Below, piece after piece: positions 10,701 to 25,200 of a stretch of 64,000 nucleotides of DNA (within the stretch, counting starts at the first letter, position 1; each line of letters opens with the position of its first letter). The stretch is from contig OZ249436.1 of NCBI GenBank assembly GCA_965235115.1, positions 24,988,001-25,052,000 of the forward strand. The letters are read 5' to 3'. The notes beneath the pieces were generated by a model. It did not search any database. It was not told the DNA's origin and was given only the letters and a program-made list of their open reading frames with translations. A program made the position numbers and the translations under genes. Source of the stretch: Laetmonice hystrix. Taxonomy: Eukaryota.

Positions 10701-13700
10701 TATATCCCTGTCCGCTTTGTAGCACCCAGCCGGGCCCCCATTTTGACATTGCAACACCAATACAGCAAGTGCCCAGCTAACAGCACAAATAACAGGATTC
10801 AGGGCTTCCTACCACGTTACAAGTCACAATAGATTGCTGCCTGTCGTAAAAATATACCAGACCATTTTAAAAAGTCACAGAACCCCAATCCGGCCCTAAT
10901 ATGTCACTCCCAGTACCAATACACTCTGGAAGCACCATCAACTGAAATTCAGGCCTAGAACCCACCTCTCTCTACCAATATCATGCACCTAGTCCGTATA
11001 CGAGGTTGTAATTTACTTTAATCAACGGGCTGCGCCGCAGCAACCCACTCTGGTCTTTGCAATCTTTTTCAATATGCGTTAACATTTGTAACCAGCTCAA
11101 CGCGCCTTGTAAAATTTTTCAAAGTGCGTAAAAGTGTGTGTCCACCCCGACACGCTTTCCAAACCACTATACCCACCGAGCGACATCCACTCAAATACAG
11201 GCTTCGACCGATCCTCACTGTGCCAATAATCCGCCACAAGGCAAATTCAGTCAATGCAAGCTGGAAAATCGAATGTCAAACCTAATACTCCCCCCCCCAG
11301 CACGTTAACTGAAAATAATCAACTAGCTTGAAAACTAGAATATAGCTTTGTTTAGCTAACAATCTACTCTCCCAGCGCCATCAACTCGCATACAGGCGTA
11401 AAAGCAAACGCACTGCCCCATATAATGCTCCCAGCCTAAAACGATGTTGCAATTAATTTAAAATTAACAAGATGCACTAGTAATCCGATCCAAGCTTAAT
11501 TACGTCATTGCTAGTTTCATAACCAAATCTCACAGAAAATACCCCACCCGGGCACATAACCTGAAAATATTCAACTTTTATCTCCAATGTATCCCTGTGC
11601 ACCTAGTAGCACCCAAGCGGGCCCAATTTTGACATCCCAACACAAATACCGCAAATACCCGCCTAATGGCACAAAAAACTTTCTACCCCGTTGCAAGTCA
11701 CATTAGCGTGCTGCTTGTCGTAAAAAATGGTGCAGACCATTTCTAAAGTCACAGTACCCCACTCCCGGCCTAATATTACGTTTCAGTATCCATATACGCT
11801 GCAAGCGGCAGGAACTCGAATACAGGCCTAAAAGTAACCTCAGTCTAGCAATATCATACTCCCATGCCATATACGAGCTTGTAATTATCTTTAATTAATG
11901 GGCTCCGCAGCACCAACCCACTGCATTAACATTTGTTTAACAGCTTAACACACCTTGTAAAATTTTTTCAAGTGCGTAAAAATGCGTGTCCACCTCCACA
12001 TACTTTAAAAATCACTATACCCACCCAGCGACATCCACTCTAATACACGCCTAAAAGGAACTTCACTGTCCCATTTGATTCTCCAGCACGTATAGGATGT
12101 TTCAAGTAACATTCATCCACGGTCTGGCCCAATAACGTGCAACAAGGCATAGTAAGTCAATGCGAGCTCGCATGTCAAACCTAACCCGCCCCCAAGCACA
12201 TGAGCTGAAAATATTCAAATAGCTTGAAAACTAGAATATAGCTTTGCTTAATACCATTATACCATCAACTCGCATTACAGGCCTAATGCGAAGCTCCCAG
12301 CCTAAAACGAGTTTCCAATTAATTTAAAGTTAACAAGATGCACTAATAATCGATTCCAAGCCTAATTAGGCCATTGCTAGTTGGATAACCAAATCTCATA
12401 CAAAATACACCCTCCCGGCAGATGACCTGAGAATATTCAACTCTTATGTCCGATATATCCCTGTCCGCTTAGTAGCACCCAGCCGGGCCCCCATTTTGAC
12501 ATTGCAACACCAATACAGCAAGTGCCCAGCTAACAGCACAAATAACAGGATTCAGGGCTTCCTACCACGTTACAAGTCACAATAGATTGCTGCCTGTCGT
12601 AAAAATATACCAGACCATTTTAAAAAGTCACAGAACCCCAATCCGGCCCTAATATGTCACTCCCAGTACCAATAGACGCTGGAAGCACCATCAACTGAAA
12701 TTCAGGCCTAGAACCCACCTCTCTCTACCAATATCATGCACCTAGTCCGTATACGAGGTTGTAATTTCCTTTAATCAACGGGCTGCGCCGCAGCAACCCA
12801 CTCTGGTCTTTGCAATCTTTTTCAATATGCGTTAACATTTGTGACCAGCTCAACGCGCCTTGTAAAATTTTTCAAAGTGCGTAAAAGTGTGTGTCCACCC
12901 CGACACGCTTTCCAAACCACTATACCCACCGAGCGACATCCACTCAAATACAGGCTTCGACCGATCCTCACTGTGCCAATAATCCGCCACAAGGCAAATT
13001 CAGTCAATGCAAGCTGGAAAATCGAATGTCAAACCTAATGCTCCCCCCCCAGCACGTTAACTGAAAAAAATCAACTAGCTTGAAAACTAGAATATAGCTT
13101 TGTTTAGCTAACAATCTACTCTCCCAGCGCCATCAACTCGCATACAGGCGTAAAAGCAAACGCACTGCCCCATATAATGCTCCCAGCATAAAACGATGTT
13201 GCAATTAATTTAAAATTAACAAGATGCACTAGTAATCCGATCCAAGCTTAATTACGTCATTGCTAGTTTCATAACCAAATCTCACAGAAAATACCCCACC
13301 CGGGCACATAACCTGAAAATATTCAACTTTTATCTCCAATGTATCCCTGTGCACCTAGTAGCACCCAAGCGGGCCCAATTTTGACATTCCAACACAAATA
13401 CCGCAAATACCCGCCTAATGGCACAAAAAACTTTCTACCCCGTTGCAAGTCACATTAGCTTGCTGCTTGTCGTAAAAAATGGTGCAGACCATTTCTAAAG
13501 TCACAGTACCCCACTCCCGGCCTAATATTACGTTTCAGTATCCATATACGCTGCAAGCGGCAGGAACTCGAATACAGGCCTAAAAGTAACCCCAGTCTAG
13601 CAATATCATACTCTCATGCCATATACGAGCTTGTAATTATCTTTAATTAATGGGCTCCGCAGCACCAACCCACTGCATTAACATTTGTTTAACAGCTTAA

Positions 13701-16700
13701 CGCACCTTGTAAAAAAATTTTCAAGTGCGTAAAAATGCGTGTCCACCTCCACATACTTTAAAAATCACTATACCCACCCAGCGACATTCACTCTAATACA
13801 CGCCTAAGAGGAACTTCACTGTCCCATTTGATTCTCCAGCACGTATAGGATGTTTCAAGTAACATTTATCCACGGTCTGGCCCAATAACGTGCAACAAGG
13901 CATAGTAAGTCAATGCGAGCTCGCATGTCAAACCTAACCCGCCCCCCAGCACATGAGCTGAAAATATTCAAATAGCTTGAAAACTAGAATATAGCTTTGC
14001 TTAATACCATTATACCATCAACTCGCATTACAGGCCTAATGCGAAGCTCCCAGCCTAAAACGAGTTTCCAATTAATTTAAAGTTAACAAGATGCACTAAT
14101 AATCGATTCCAAGCCTAATTAGGCCATTGCTAGTTGGATAACCAAATCTCATACAAAATACACCCTCCCGGCAGATGACCTGAGAATATTCAACTCTTAT
14201 GTCCGATATATCCCTGTCCGCTTAGTAGCACCCAGCCGGGCCCCCATTTTGACATTGCAACACCAATACAGCAAGTGCCCAGCTAACAGCACAAATAACA
14301 GGATTCAGGGCTTCCTACCACGTTACAAGTCACAATAGATTGCTGCCTGTCGTAAAAATATACCAGACCATTTTAAAAAGTCACAGAACCCCAATCCGGC
14401 CCTAATATGTCACTCCCAGTACCAATACACGCTGGAAGCACCATCAACTGAAATTCAGGCCTAGAACCCACCTCTCTCTACCAATATCATGCACCTAGTC
14501 CGTATACGAGGTTGTAATTTACTTTAATCAACGGGCTGCGCCGCAGCAACCCACTCTGGTCTTTGCAATCTTTTTCAATATGCGTTAACATTTGTAACCA
14601 GCTCAACGCGCCTTGTAAAATTTTTCAAAGTGCGTAAAAGTGTGTGTCCATCCCGACACGCTTTCCAAACCACTATACCCACCGAGCGACATCCACTCAA
14701 ATACAGGCTTCGACCGATCCTCACTGTGCCAATAATCCGCCACAAGGCAAATTCAGTCAATGCAAGCTGGAAAATCGAATGTCAAACCTAATGCTCCCCC
14801 CCCCCCCAGCACGTTAACTGAAAATAATCAACTAGCTTGAAAACTAGAATATAGCTTTGTTAAGCTAACAATCTACTCTCCCAGCGCCATCAACTCGCAT
14901 ACAGGCGTAAAAGCAAACGCACTGCCCCATATAATGCTTCCAGCCTAAAACGATGTTGCAATTAATTTAAAATTAACAAGATGCACTAGTAATCCGATCC
15001 AAGCCTAATTACGTCATTGCTAGTTTCATAACCAAATCTCACAGAAAATACCCCACCCGCGCACATAACCTGAAAATATTCAACTTTTATCTCCAATGTA
15101 TCCCTGTGCACCTAGTAGCACCCAAGCGGGCCCAATTTTGACATTCCAACACAAATACCGCAAATACCCGCCTAATGGCACAAAAAACTTTCTACCCCGT
15201 TGCAAGTCACATTAGCTTGCTGCTTGTCGTAAAAAATGGTGCAGACCATTTCTAAAGTCACAGTACCCCACTCCCGGCCTAATATTACGTTTCAGTATCC
15301 ATATACGCTGCAAGCGGCAGGAACTCGAATACAGGCCTAAAAGTAACCCCAGTCTAGCAATATCATACTCTCATGCCATATACGAGCTTGTAATTATCTT
15401 TAATTAATGGGCTCCGCAGCACCAACCCACTGCATTAACATTTGTTTAACAGCTTAACGCACCTTGTAAAAAATTTTCAAGTGCGTAAAAATGCGTGTCC
15501 ACCTCCACATACTTTAAAAATCACTATACCCACCCAGCGACATTCACTCTAATACACGCCTAAGAGGAACTTCACTGTCCCATTTGATTCTCCAGCACGT
15601 ATAGGATGTTTCAAGTAACATTTATCCACGGTCTGGCCCAATAACGTGCAACAAGGCATAGTAAGTCAATGCGACCTCGCATGTCAAACCTAACCCGCCC
15701 CCCAGCACATGAGCTGGAGATATTCAAATAGCTTGAAAACTAGAATATAGCTTTGCTTAATACCATTATACCATCAACTCGCATTACAGGCCTAATGCGA
15801 AGCTCCCAGCCTAAAACGAGTTTCCAATTAATTTAAAGTTAACAAGATGCACTAATAATCGATTCCAAGCCTAATTAGGCCATTGCTAGTTGGATAACCA
15901 AATCTCATACAAAATACACCCTCCCGGCAGATGACCTGAGAATATTCAACTCTTATGTCCGATATATCCCTGTCCGCTTAGTAGCACCCAGCCGGGCCCC
16001 CATTTTGACATTGCAACACCAATACAGCAAGTGCCCAGCTAACAGCACAAATAACAGGATTCAGGGCTTCCTACCACGTTACAAGTCACAATAGATTGCT
16101 GCCTGTCGTAAAAATATACCAGACCATTTTAAAAAGTCACAGAACCCCAATCCGGCCCTAATATGTCACTCCCAGTACCAATAGACGCTGGAAGCACCAT
16201 CAACTGAAATTCAGGCCTAGAACCCACCTCTCTCTACCAATATCATGCACCTAGTCCGTATACGAGGTTGTAATTTACTTTAATCAACGGGCTGCGCCGC
16301 AGCAACCCACTCTGGTCTTTGCAATCTTTTTCAATATGCGTTAACATTTGTGACCAGCTCAACGCGCCTTGTAAAATTTTTCAAAGTGCGTAAAAGTGTC
16401 TGTCCACCCCGACACGCTTTCCAAACCACTATACCCACCGAGCGACATCCACTCAAATACAGGCTTCGACCGATCCTCACTGTGCCAATAATCCGCCACA
16501 AGGCAAATTCAGTCAATGCAAGCTGGAAAATCGAATGTCAAACCTAATGCTCCCCCCCCCAGCACGTTAACTGAAAAAAATCAACTAGCTTGAAAACTAG
16601 AATATAGCTTTGTTTAGCTAACAATCTACTCTCCCAGCGCCATCAACTCGCATACAGGCGTAAAAGCAAACGCACTGCCCCATATAATGCTCCCAGCCTA

Positions 16701-19290
16701 AGACGATGTTGCAATTAATTTAAGATTAACAAGATGCACTAGTAATCCGATCCAAGCCTAATTACGTCATTGCTAGTTTCATAACCAAATCTCACAGAAA
16801 ATACCCCACCCGCGCACATAACCTGAAAATATTTAACTTTTATCTCCAATGTATCCCTGTGCACCTAGTAGCACACAAGCGGGCCCAATTTTGACATCCC
16901 AACACAAATACCGCAAATACCCGCCTAATGGCACAAAAAACTTTCTACCCCGTTGCAAGTCACATTAGCGTGCTGCTTGTCGTAAAAAATGGTGCAGACC
17001 ATTTCTAAAGTCACAGTACCCCACTCCCGGCCTAATATTACGTTTCAGTATCCATATACGCTGCAAGCGGCAGGAACTCGAATACAGGCCTAAAAGTAAC
17101 CTCAGTCTAGCAATATCATACTCCCATGCCATATACGAGCTTGTAATTATCTTTAATTAATGGGCTCCGCAGCACCAACCCACTGCATTAACATTTGTTT
17201 AACAGCTTAACGCACCTTGTAAAATTTTTTCAAGTGCGTAAAAATGCGTGTCCACCTCCACATACTTTAAAAATCACTATACCCACCCAGCGACATCCAC
17301 TCTAATACACGCCTAAAAGGAACTTCACTGTCCCATTTGATTCTCCAGCACGTATAGGATGTTTCAAGTAACATTCATCCACGGTCTGGCCCAATAACGT
17401 GCAGCAAGGCATAGTAAGTCAATGCGAGCTCGCATGTCAAACCTAACCCGCCCCCAAGCACATGAGCTGAAAATATTCAAATAGCTTGAAAACTAGAATA
17501 TAGCTTTGCTTAATACCATTATACCATCAACTCGCATTACAGGCCTAATGCGAAGCTCCCAGCCTAAAACGAGTTTCCAAATAATTTAAAGTTAACAAGA
17601 TGCACTAATAATCGATTCCAAGCCTAATTAGGCCATTGCTAGTTGGATAACCAAATCTCATACAAAATACACCCTCCCGGCAGATGACCTGAGAATATTT
17701 AACTCTTATGTCCGATATATCCCTGTCTGCTTAGTAGCACCCAGCCGGGCCCCCATTTTGACATTGCAACACCAATACAGCAAGTGCCCAGCTAACAGCA
17801 CAAATAACAGGATTCAGGGCTTCCTACCACGTTACAAGTCACAATAGATTGCTGCCTGTCGTAAAAATATACCAGACCATTTTAAAAAGTCACAGAACCC
17901 CAATCCGGCCCTAATATGTCACTCCCAGTACCAATACACGCTGGAAGCACCATCAACTGAAATTCAGGCCTAGAACCCACCTCTCTCTACCAATATCATG
18001 CACCTAGTCCGTATACGAGGTTGTAATTTACTTTAATCAACGGGCTGTGCCGCAGCAACCCACTCTGGTCTTTGCAATCTTTTTCAATATGCGTTAACAT
18101 TTGTAACCAGCTCAACGCGCCTTGTAAAATTTTTCAAAGTGCGTAAAGTGTGTGTCCACCCCGACACGCTTTCCAAACCACTATACCCACCGAGCGACAT
18201 CCACTCAAATACAGGCTTCGACCGATCCTCACTGTGCCAATAATCCGCCACAAGGCAAATTCAGTCAATGCAAGCTGGAAAATCGAATGTCAAACCTAAT
18301 ACTCCCCCCCCCCAGCACGTTAACTGAAAATAATCAACTAGCTTGAAAACTAGAATATAGCTTTGTTTAGCTAAAAATATACTCTCCCAGCGCCATCAAC
18401 TCGCATACAGGCGTAAAAGCAAACGCACTGCCCCATATAATGCTCCCAGCCTAAAACGATGTTGCAATTAATTTAAAATTAACAAGATGCACTAGTAATC
18501 CGATCCAAGCTTAATTACGTCATTGCTAGTTTCATAATCAAATCTCACAGAAAATACCCTTCCCGGGCAGATAACCTGAAAATATTCAACTTTTATCTCC
18601 AATGTATCCCTGTGCACCTAGTAGCACACAAGCGGGCCCAATTTTGACATTCCAAGACAAAAACCGCAAATACCCGCCTAATGGCACAGAAAACTTTCTA
18701 CCCCGTTGCAAGTCACATTAGCTTGCTGCTTGTCGTAAAAAATGGTGCAGACCATTTCTAAAGTCACAGTACCCCACTCCCGGCCTAATATTACGTTTCA
18801 GTATCCATATACGCTGCAAGCGGCAGGAACTCGAATACAGGCCTAAAAGTAACCCCAGTCTAGCAATATCATACTCCCATGCCATATACGAGCTTGTAAT
18901 TATCTTTAATTAATGGGCTCCGCAGCACCAACCCACTGCATTAACATTTGTTTAACAGCTTAACGCACCTTGTAAAATTTGTTCAAGTGCGTAAAAATGC
19001 GTGTCCACCTCCACATACTTTAAAAATCACTATACCCACCCAGCGACATCCACTCTAATACACGCCTAAAAGGAACTTCACTGTCCCATTTGATTCTCCA
19101 GCACGTATAGGATGTTTCAAGTAACATTCATCCACGGTCTGGCCCAATAACGTGCAACAAGGCATAGTAAGTCAATGCGAGCTCGCATGTCAAACCTAAC
19201 CCGCCCCCAAGCACATGAGCTGAAAATATTCAAATAGCTTGAAAACTAGAATATAGCTTTGCTTAATACCATTATACCATCAACTCGCAT

Positions 19291-22200
19291 TACAGGCCTA
19301 ATGCGAAGCTCCCAGCCTAAAACGAGTTTCCAATTAATTTAAAGTTAACAAGATGCACTAATAATCGATTCCAAGCCTAATTAGGCCATTGCTAGTTGGA
19401 TAACCAAATCTCATACAAAATACACCCTCCCGGCAGATGACCTGAGAATATTCAACTCTTATGTCCGATATATCCCTGTCCGCTTAGTAGCACCCAGCCG
19501 GGCCCCCATTTTGACATTGCAACACCAATACAGCAAGTGCCCAGCTAACAGCACAAATAACAGGATTCAGGGCTTCCTACCACGTTACAAGTCACAATAG
19601 ATTGCTGCCTGTCGTAAAAATATACCAGACCATTTTAAAAAGTCACAGAACCCCAATCCGGCCCTAATATGTCACTCCCAGTACCAATAGACGCTGGAAG
19701 CACCATCAACTGAAATTCAGGCCTAGAACCCACCTCTCTCTACCAATATCATGCACCTAGTCCGTATACGAGGTTGTAATTTACTTTAATCAACGGGCTG
19801 CGCCGCAGCAACCCACTCTGGTCTTTGCAATCTTTTTCAATATGCGTTAACATTTGTGACCAGCTCAACGCGCCTTGTAAAATTTTTCAAAGTGCGTAAA
19901 AGTGTCTGTCCACCCCGACACGCTTTCCAAACCACTATACCCACCGAGCGACATCCACTCAAATACAGGCTTCGACCGATCCTCACTGTGCCAATAATCC
20001 GCCACAAGGCAAATTCAGTCAATGCAAGCTGGAAAATCGAATGTCAAACCTAATGCTCCCCCCCCCCAGCACGTTAACTGAAAAAAATCAACTAGCTTGA
20101 AAACTAGAATATAGCTTTGTTTAGCTAACAATCTACTCTCCCAGCGCCATCAACTCGCATACAGGCGTAAAAGCAAACGCACTGCCCCATATAATGCTCC
20201 CAGCCTAAGACGATGTTGCAATTAATTTAAGATTAACAAGATGCACTAGTAATCCGATCCAAGCCTAATTACGTCATTGCTAGTTTCATAACCAAATCTC
20301 ACAGAAAATACCCCACCCGCGCACATAACCTGAAAATATTTAACTTTTATCTCCAATGTATCCCTGTGCACCTAGTAGCACACAAGCGGGCCCAATTTTG
20401 ACATCCCAACACAAATACCGCAAATACCCGCCTAATGGCACAAAAAACTTTCTACCCCGTTGCAAGTCACATTAGCGTGCTGCTTGTCGTAAAAAATGGT
20501 GCAGACCATTTCTAAAGTCACAGTACCCCACTCCCGGCCTAATATTACGTTTCAGTATCCATATACGCTGCAAGCGGCAGGAACTCGAATACAGGCCTAA
20601 AAGTAACCTCAGTCTAGCAATATCATACTCCCATGCCATATACGAGCTTGTAATTATCTTTAATTAATGGGCTCCGCAGCACCAACCCACTGCATTAACA
20701 TTTGTTTAACAGCTTAACGCACCTTGTAAAATTTTTTCAAGTGCGTAAAAATGCGTGTCCACCTCCACATACTTTAAAAATCACTATACCCACCCAGCGA
20801 CATCCACTCTAATACACGCCTAAAAGGAACTTCACTGTCCCATTTGATTCTCCAGCACGTATAGGATGTTTCAAGTAACATTCATCCACGGTCTGGCCCA
20901 ATAACGTGCAGCAAGGCATAGTAAGTCAATGCGAGCTCGCATGTCAAACCTAACCCGCCCCCAAGCACATGAGCTGAAAATATTCAAATAGCTTGAAAAC
21001 TAGAATATAGCTTTGCTTAATACCATTATACCATCAACTCGCATTACAGGCCTAATGCGAAGCTCCCAGCCTAAAACGAGTTTCCAATTAATTTAAAGTT
21101 AACAAGATGCACTAATAATCGATTCCAAGCCTAATTAGGCCATTGCTAGTTGGATAACCAAATCTCATACAAAATACACCCTCCCGGCAGATGACCTGAG
21201 AATATTCAACTCTTATGTCCGATATATCCCTGTCCGCTTAGTAGCACCCAGCCGGGCCCCCATTTTGACATTGCAACACCAATACAGCAAGTGCCCAGCT
21301 AACAGCACAAATAACAGGATTCAGGGCTTCCTACCACGTTACAAGTCACAATAGATTGCTGCCTGTCGTAAAAATATACCAGACCATTTTAAAAAGTCAC
21401 AGAACCCCAATCCGGCCCTAATATGTCACTCCCAGTACCAATACACGCTGGAAGCACCATCAACTGAAATTCAGGCCTAGAACCCACCTCTCTCTACCAA
21501 TATCATGCACCTAGTCCGTATACGAGGTTGTAATTTACTTTAATCAACGGGCTGCGCCGCAGCAACCCACTCTGGTCTTTGCAATCTTTTTCAATATGCG
21601 TTAACATTTGTGACCAGCTCAACGCGCCTTGTAAAATTTTTCAAAGTGCGTAAAAGTGTGTGTCCACCCCGACACGCTTTCCAAACCACTATACCCACCG
21701 AGCGACATCCACTCAAATACAGGCTTCGACCGATCCTCACTGTGCCAATAATCCGCCACAAGGCAAATTCAGTCAATGCAAGCTGGAAAATCGAATGTCA
21801 AACCTAATGCTCCCCCCCCCAGCACGTTAACTGAAAAAAATCAACTAGCTTGAAAACTAGAATATAGCTTTGTTTAGCTAACAATCTACTCTCCCAGCGC
21901 CATCAACTCGCATACAGGCGTAAAAGCAAACGCACTGCCCCATATAATGCTCCCAGCCTAAGACGATGTTGCAATTAATTTAAGATTAACAAGATGCACT
22001 AGTAATCCGATCCAAGCCTAATTACGTCATTGCTAGTTTCATAACCAAATCTCACAGAAAATACCCCACCCGCGCACATAACCTGAAAATATTCAACTTT
22101 TATCTCCAATGTATCCCTGTGCACCTAGTAGCACCCAAGCGGGCCCAATTTTGACATTCCAACACAAATACCGCAAATACCCGCCTAATGGCACAAAAAA

Positions 22201-25200
22201 ACTTTCTACCCCGTTGCAAGTCACATTAGCTTGCTGCTTGTCGTAAAAAATGGTGCAGACCATTTCTAAAGTCACAGTACCCCACTCCCGGCCTAATATT
22301 ACGTTTCAGTATCCATATACGCTGCAAGCGGCAAGAACTCGAATACAGGCCTAAAAGTAACCCCAGTCTAGCAATATCATACTCTCATGCCATATACGAG
22401 CTTGTAATTATCTTTAATTAATGGGCTCCGCAGCACCAACCCACTGCATTAACATTTGTTTAACAGCTTGACGCACCTTGTAAAAAATTTTCAAGTGCGT
22501 AAAAATGCGTGTCCACCTCCACATACTTTAAAAATCACTATACCCACCCAGCGACATTCACTCTAATACACGCCTAAGAGGAACTTCACTGTCCCATTTG
22601 ATTCTCCAGCACGTATAGGATGTTTCAAGTAACATTCATCCACGGTCTGGCCCAATAACGTGCAACAAGGCATAGTAAGTCAATGCGAGCTCGCATGTCA
22701 AACCTAACCCGCCCCCCAGCACATGAGCTGAAAATATTCAAATAGCTTGAAAACTAGAATATAGCTTTGCTTAATACCATTATACCATCAACTCGCATTA
22801 CAGGCCTAATGCGAAGCTCCCAGCCTAAAACGAGTTTCCAATTAATTTAAAGTTAACAAGATGCACTAATAATCGATTCCAAGCCTAATTAGGCCATTGC
22901 TAGTTGGATAACCAAATCTCATACAAAATACACCCTCCCGGCAGATGACCTGAGAATATTCAACTCTTATGTCCGATATATCCCTGTCCGCTTTGTAGCA
23001 CCCAGCCGGGCCCCCATTTTGACATTGCAACACCAATACAGCAAGTGCCCAGCTAACAGCACAAATAACAGGATTCAGGGCTTCCTACCACGTTACAAGT
23101 CACAATAGATTGCTGCCTGTCGTAAAAATATACCAGACCATTTTAAAAAGTCACAGAACCCCAATCCGGCCCTAATATGTCACTCCCAGTACCAATACAC
23201 TCTGGAAGCACCATCAACTGAAATTCAGGCCTAGAACCCACCTCTCTCTACCAATATCATGCACCTAGTCCGTATACGAGGTTGTAATTTACTTTAATCA
23301 ACGGGCTGCGCCGCAGCAACCCACTCTGGTCTTTGCAATCTTTTTCAATATGCGTTAACATTTGTAACCAGCTCAACGCGCCTTGTAAAATTTTTCAAAG
23401 TGCGTAAAAGTGTGTGTCCACCCCGACACGCTTTCCAAACCACTATACCCACCGAGCGACATCCACTCAAATACAGGCTTCGACCGATCCTCACTGTGCC
23501 AATAATCCGCCACAAGGCAAATTCAGTCAATGCAAGCTGGAAAATCGAATGTCAAACCTAATACTCCCCCCCCCCCAGCACGTTAACTGAAAATAATCAA
23601 CTAGCTTGAAAACTAGAATATAGCTTTGTTTAGCTAACAATCTACTCTCCCAGCGCCATCAACTCGCATACAGGCGTAAAAGCAAACGCACTGCCCCATA
23701 TAATGCTCCCAGCCTAAAACGATGTTGCAATTAATTTAAAATTAACAAGATGCACTAGTAATCCGATCCAAGCTTAATTACGTCATTGCTAGTTTCATAA
23801 CCAAATCTCACAGAAAATACCCCACCCGGGCACATAACCTGAAAATATTCAACTTTTATCTCCAATGTATCCCTGTGCACCTAGTAGCACACAAGCGGGC
23901 CCAATTTTGACATTCCAACACAAATACCGCAAATACCCGCCTAATGGCACAAAAAACTTTCTACCCCGTTGCAAGTCACATTAGCTTGCTGCTTGTCGTA
24001 AAAAATGGTGCAGATCATTTCTAAAGTCACAGTACCCCACTCCCGGCCTAATATTACGTTTCAGTATCCATATACGCTGCAAGCGGCAGGAACTCGAATA
24101 CAGGCCTAAAAGTAACCCCAGTCTAGCAATATCATACTCTCATGCCATATACGAGCTTGTAATTATCTTTAATTAATGGGCTCCGCAGCACCAACCCACT
24201 GCATTAACATTTGTTTAACAGCTTAACGCACCTTGTAAAAAATTTTCAAGTGCGTAAAAATGCGTGTCCACCTCCACATACTTTAAAAATCACTATACCC
24301 ACCCAGCGACATTCACTCTAATACACGCCTAAGAGGAACTTCACTGTCCCATTTGATTCTCCAGCACGTATAGGATGTTTCAAGTAACATTCATCCACGG
24401 TCTGGCCCAATAACGTGCAACAAGGCATAGTAAGTCAATGCGAGCTCGCATGTCAAACCTAACCCGCCCCCCAGCACATGAGCTGAAAATATTCAAATAG
24501 CTTGAAAACTAGAATATAGCTTTGCTTAATACCATTATACCATCAACTCGCATTACAGGCCTAATGCGAAGCTCCCAGCCTAAAACGAGTTTCCAATTAA
24601 TTTAAAGTTAACAAGATGCACTAATAATCGATTCCAAGCCTAATTAGGCCATTGCTAGTTGGATAACCAAATCTCATACAAAATACACCCTCCCGGCAGA
24701 TGACCTGAGAATATTCAACTCTTATGTCCGATATATCCCTGTCCGCTTTGTAGCACCCAGCCGGGCCCCCATTTTGACATTGCAACACCAATACAGCAAG
24801 TGCCCAGCTAACAGCACAAATAACAGGATTCAGGGCTTCCTACCACGTTACAAGTCACAATAGATTGCTGCCTGTCGTAAAAATATACCAGACCATTTTA
24901 AAAAGTCACAGAACCCCAATCCGGCCCTAATATGTCACTCCCAGTACCAATACACTCTGGAAGCACCATCAACTGAAATTCAGGCCTAGAACCCACCTCT
25001 CTCTACCAATATCATGCACCTAGTCCGTATACGAGGTTGTAATTTACTTTAATCAACGGGCTGCGCCGCAGCAACCCACTCTGGTCTTTGCAATCTTTTT
25101 CAATATGCGTTAACATTTGTAACCAGCTCAACGCGCCTTGTAAAATTTTTCAAAGTGCGTAAAAGTGTGTGTCCACCCCGACACGCTTTCCAAACCACTA

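Larger units (their letters stand above)
1..24553 (+). repeat. Higher-order repeat: 7 units (~12,275 bp) x2
   Basis: Haplotype order a-b-c-d-c-e-f (1-12275) recurs as a-b-c-d-c-e-g (12276-24553). Marker offsets: 2300/14575 ('RDG' allele), 4054/16331 ('GGQ'), 9817/22093 (7-A allele ORF). The GCTAAAAATATACT allele occurs only near 6100 and 18375. Confidence 0.9.
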
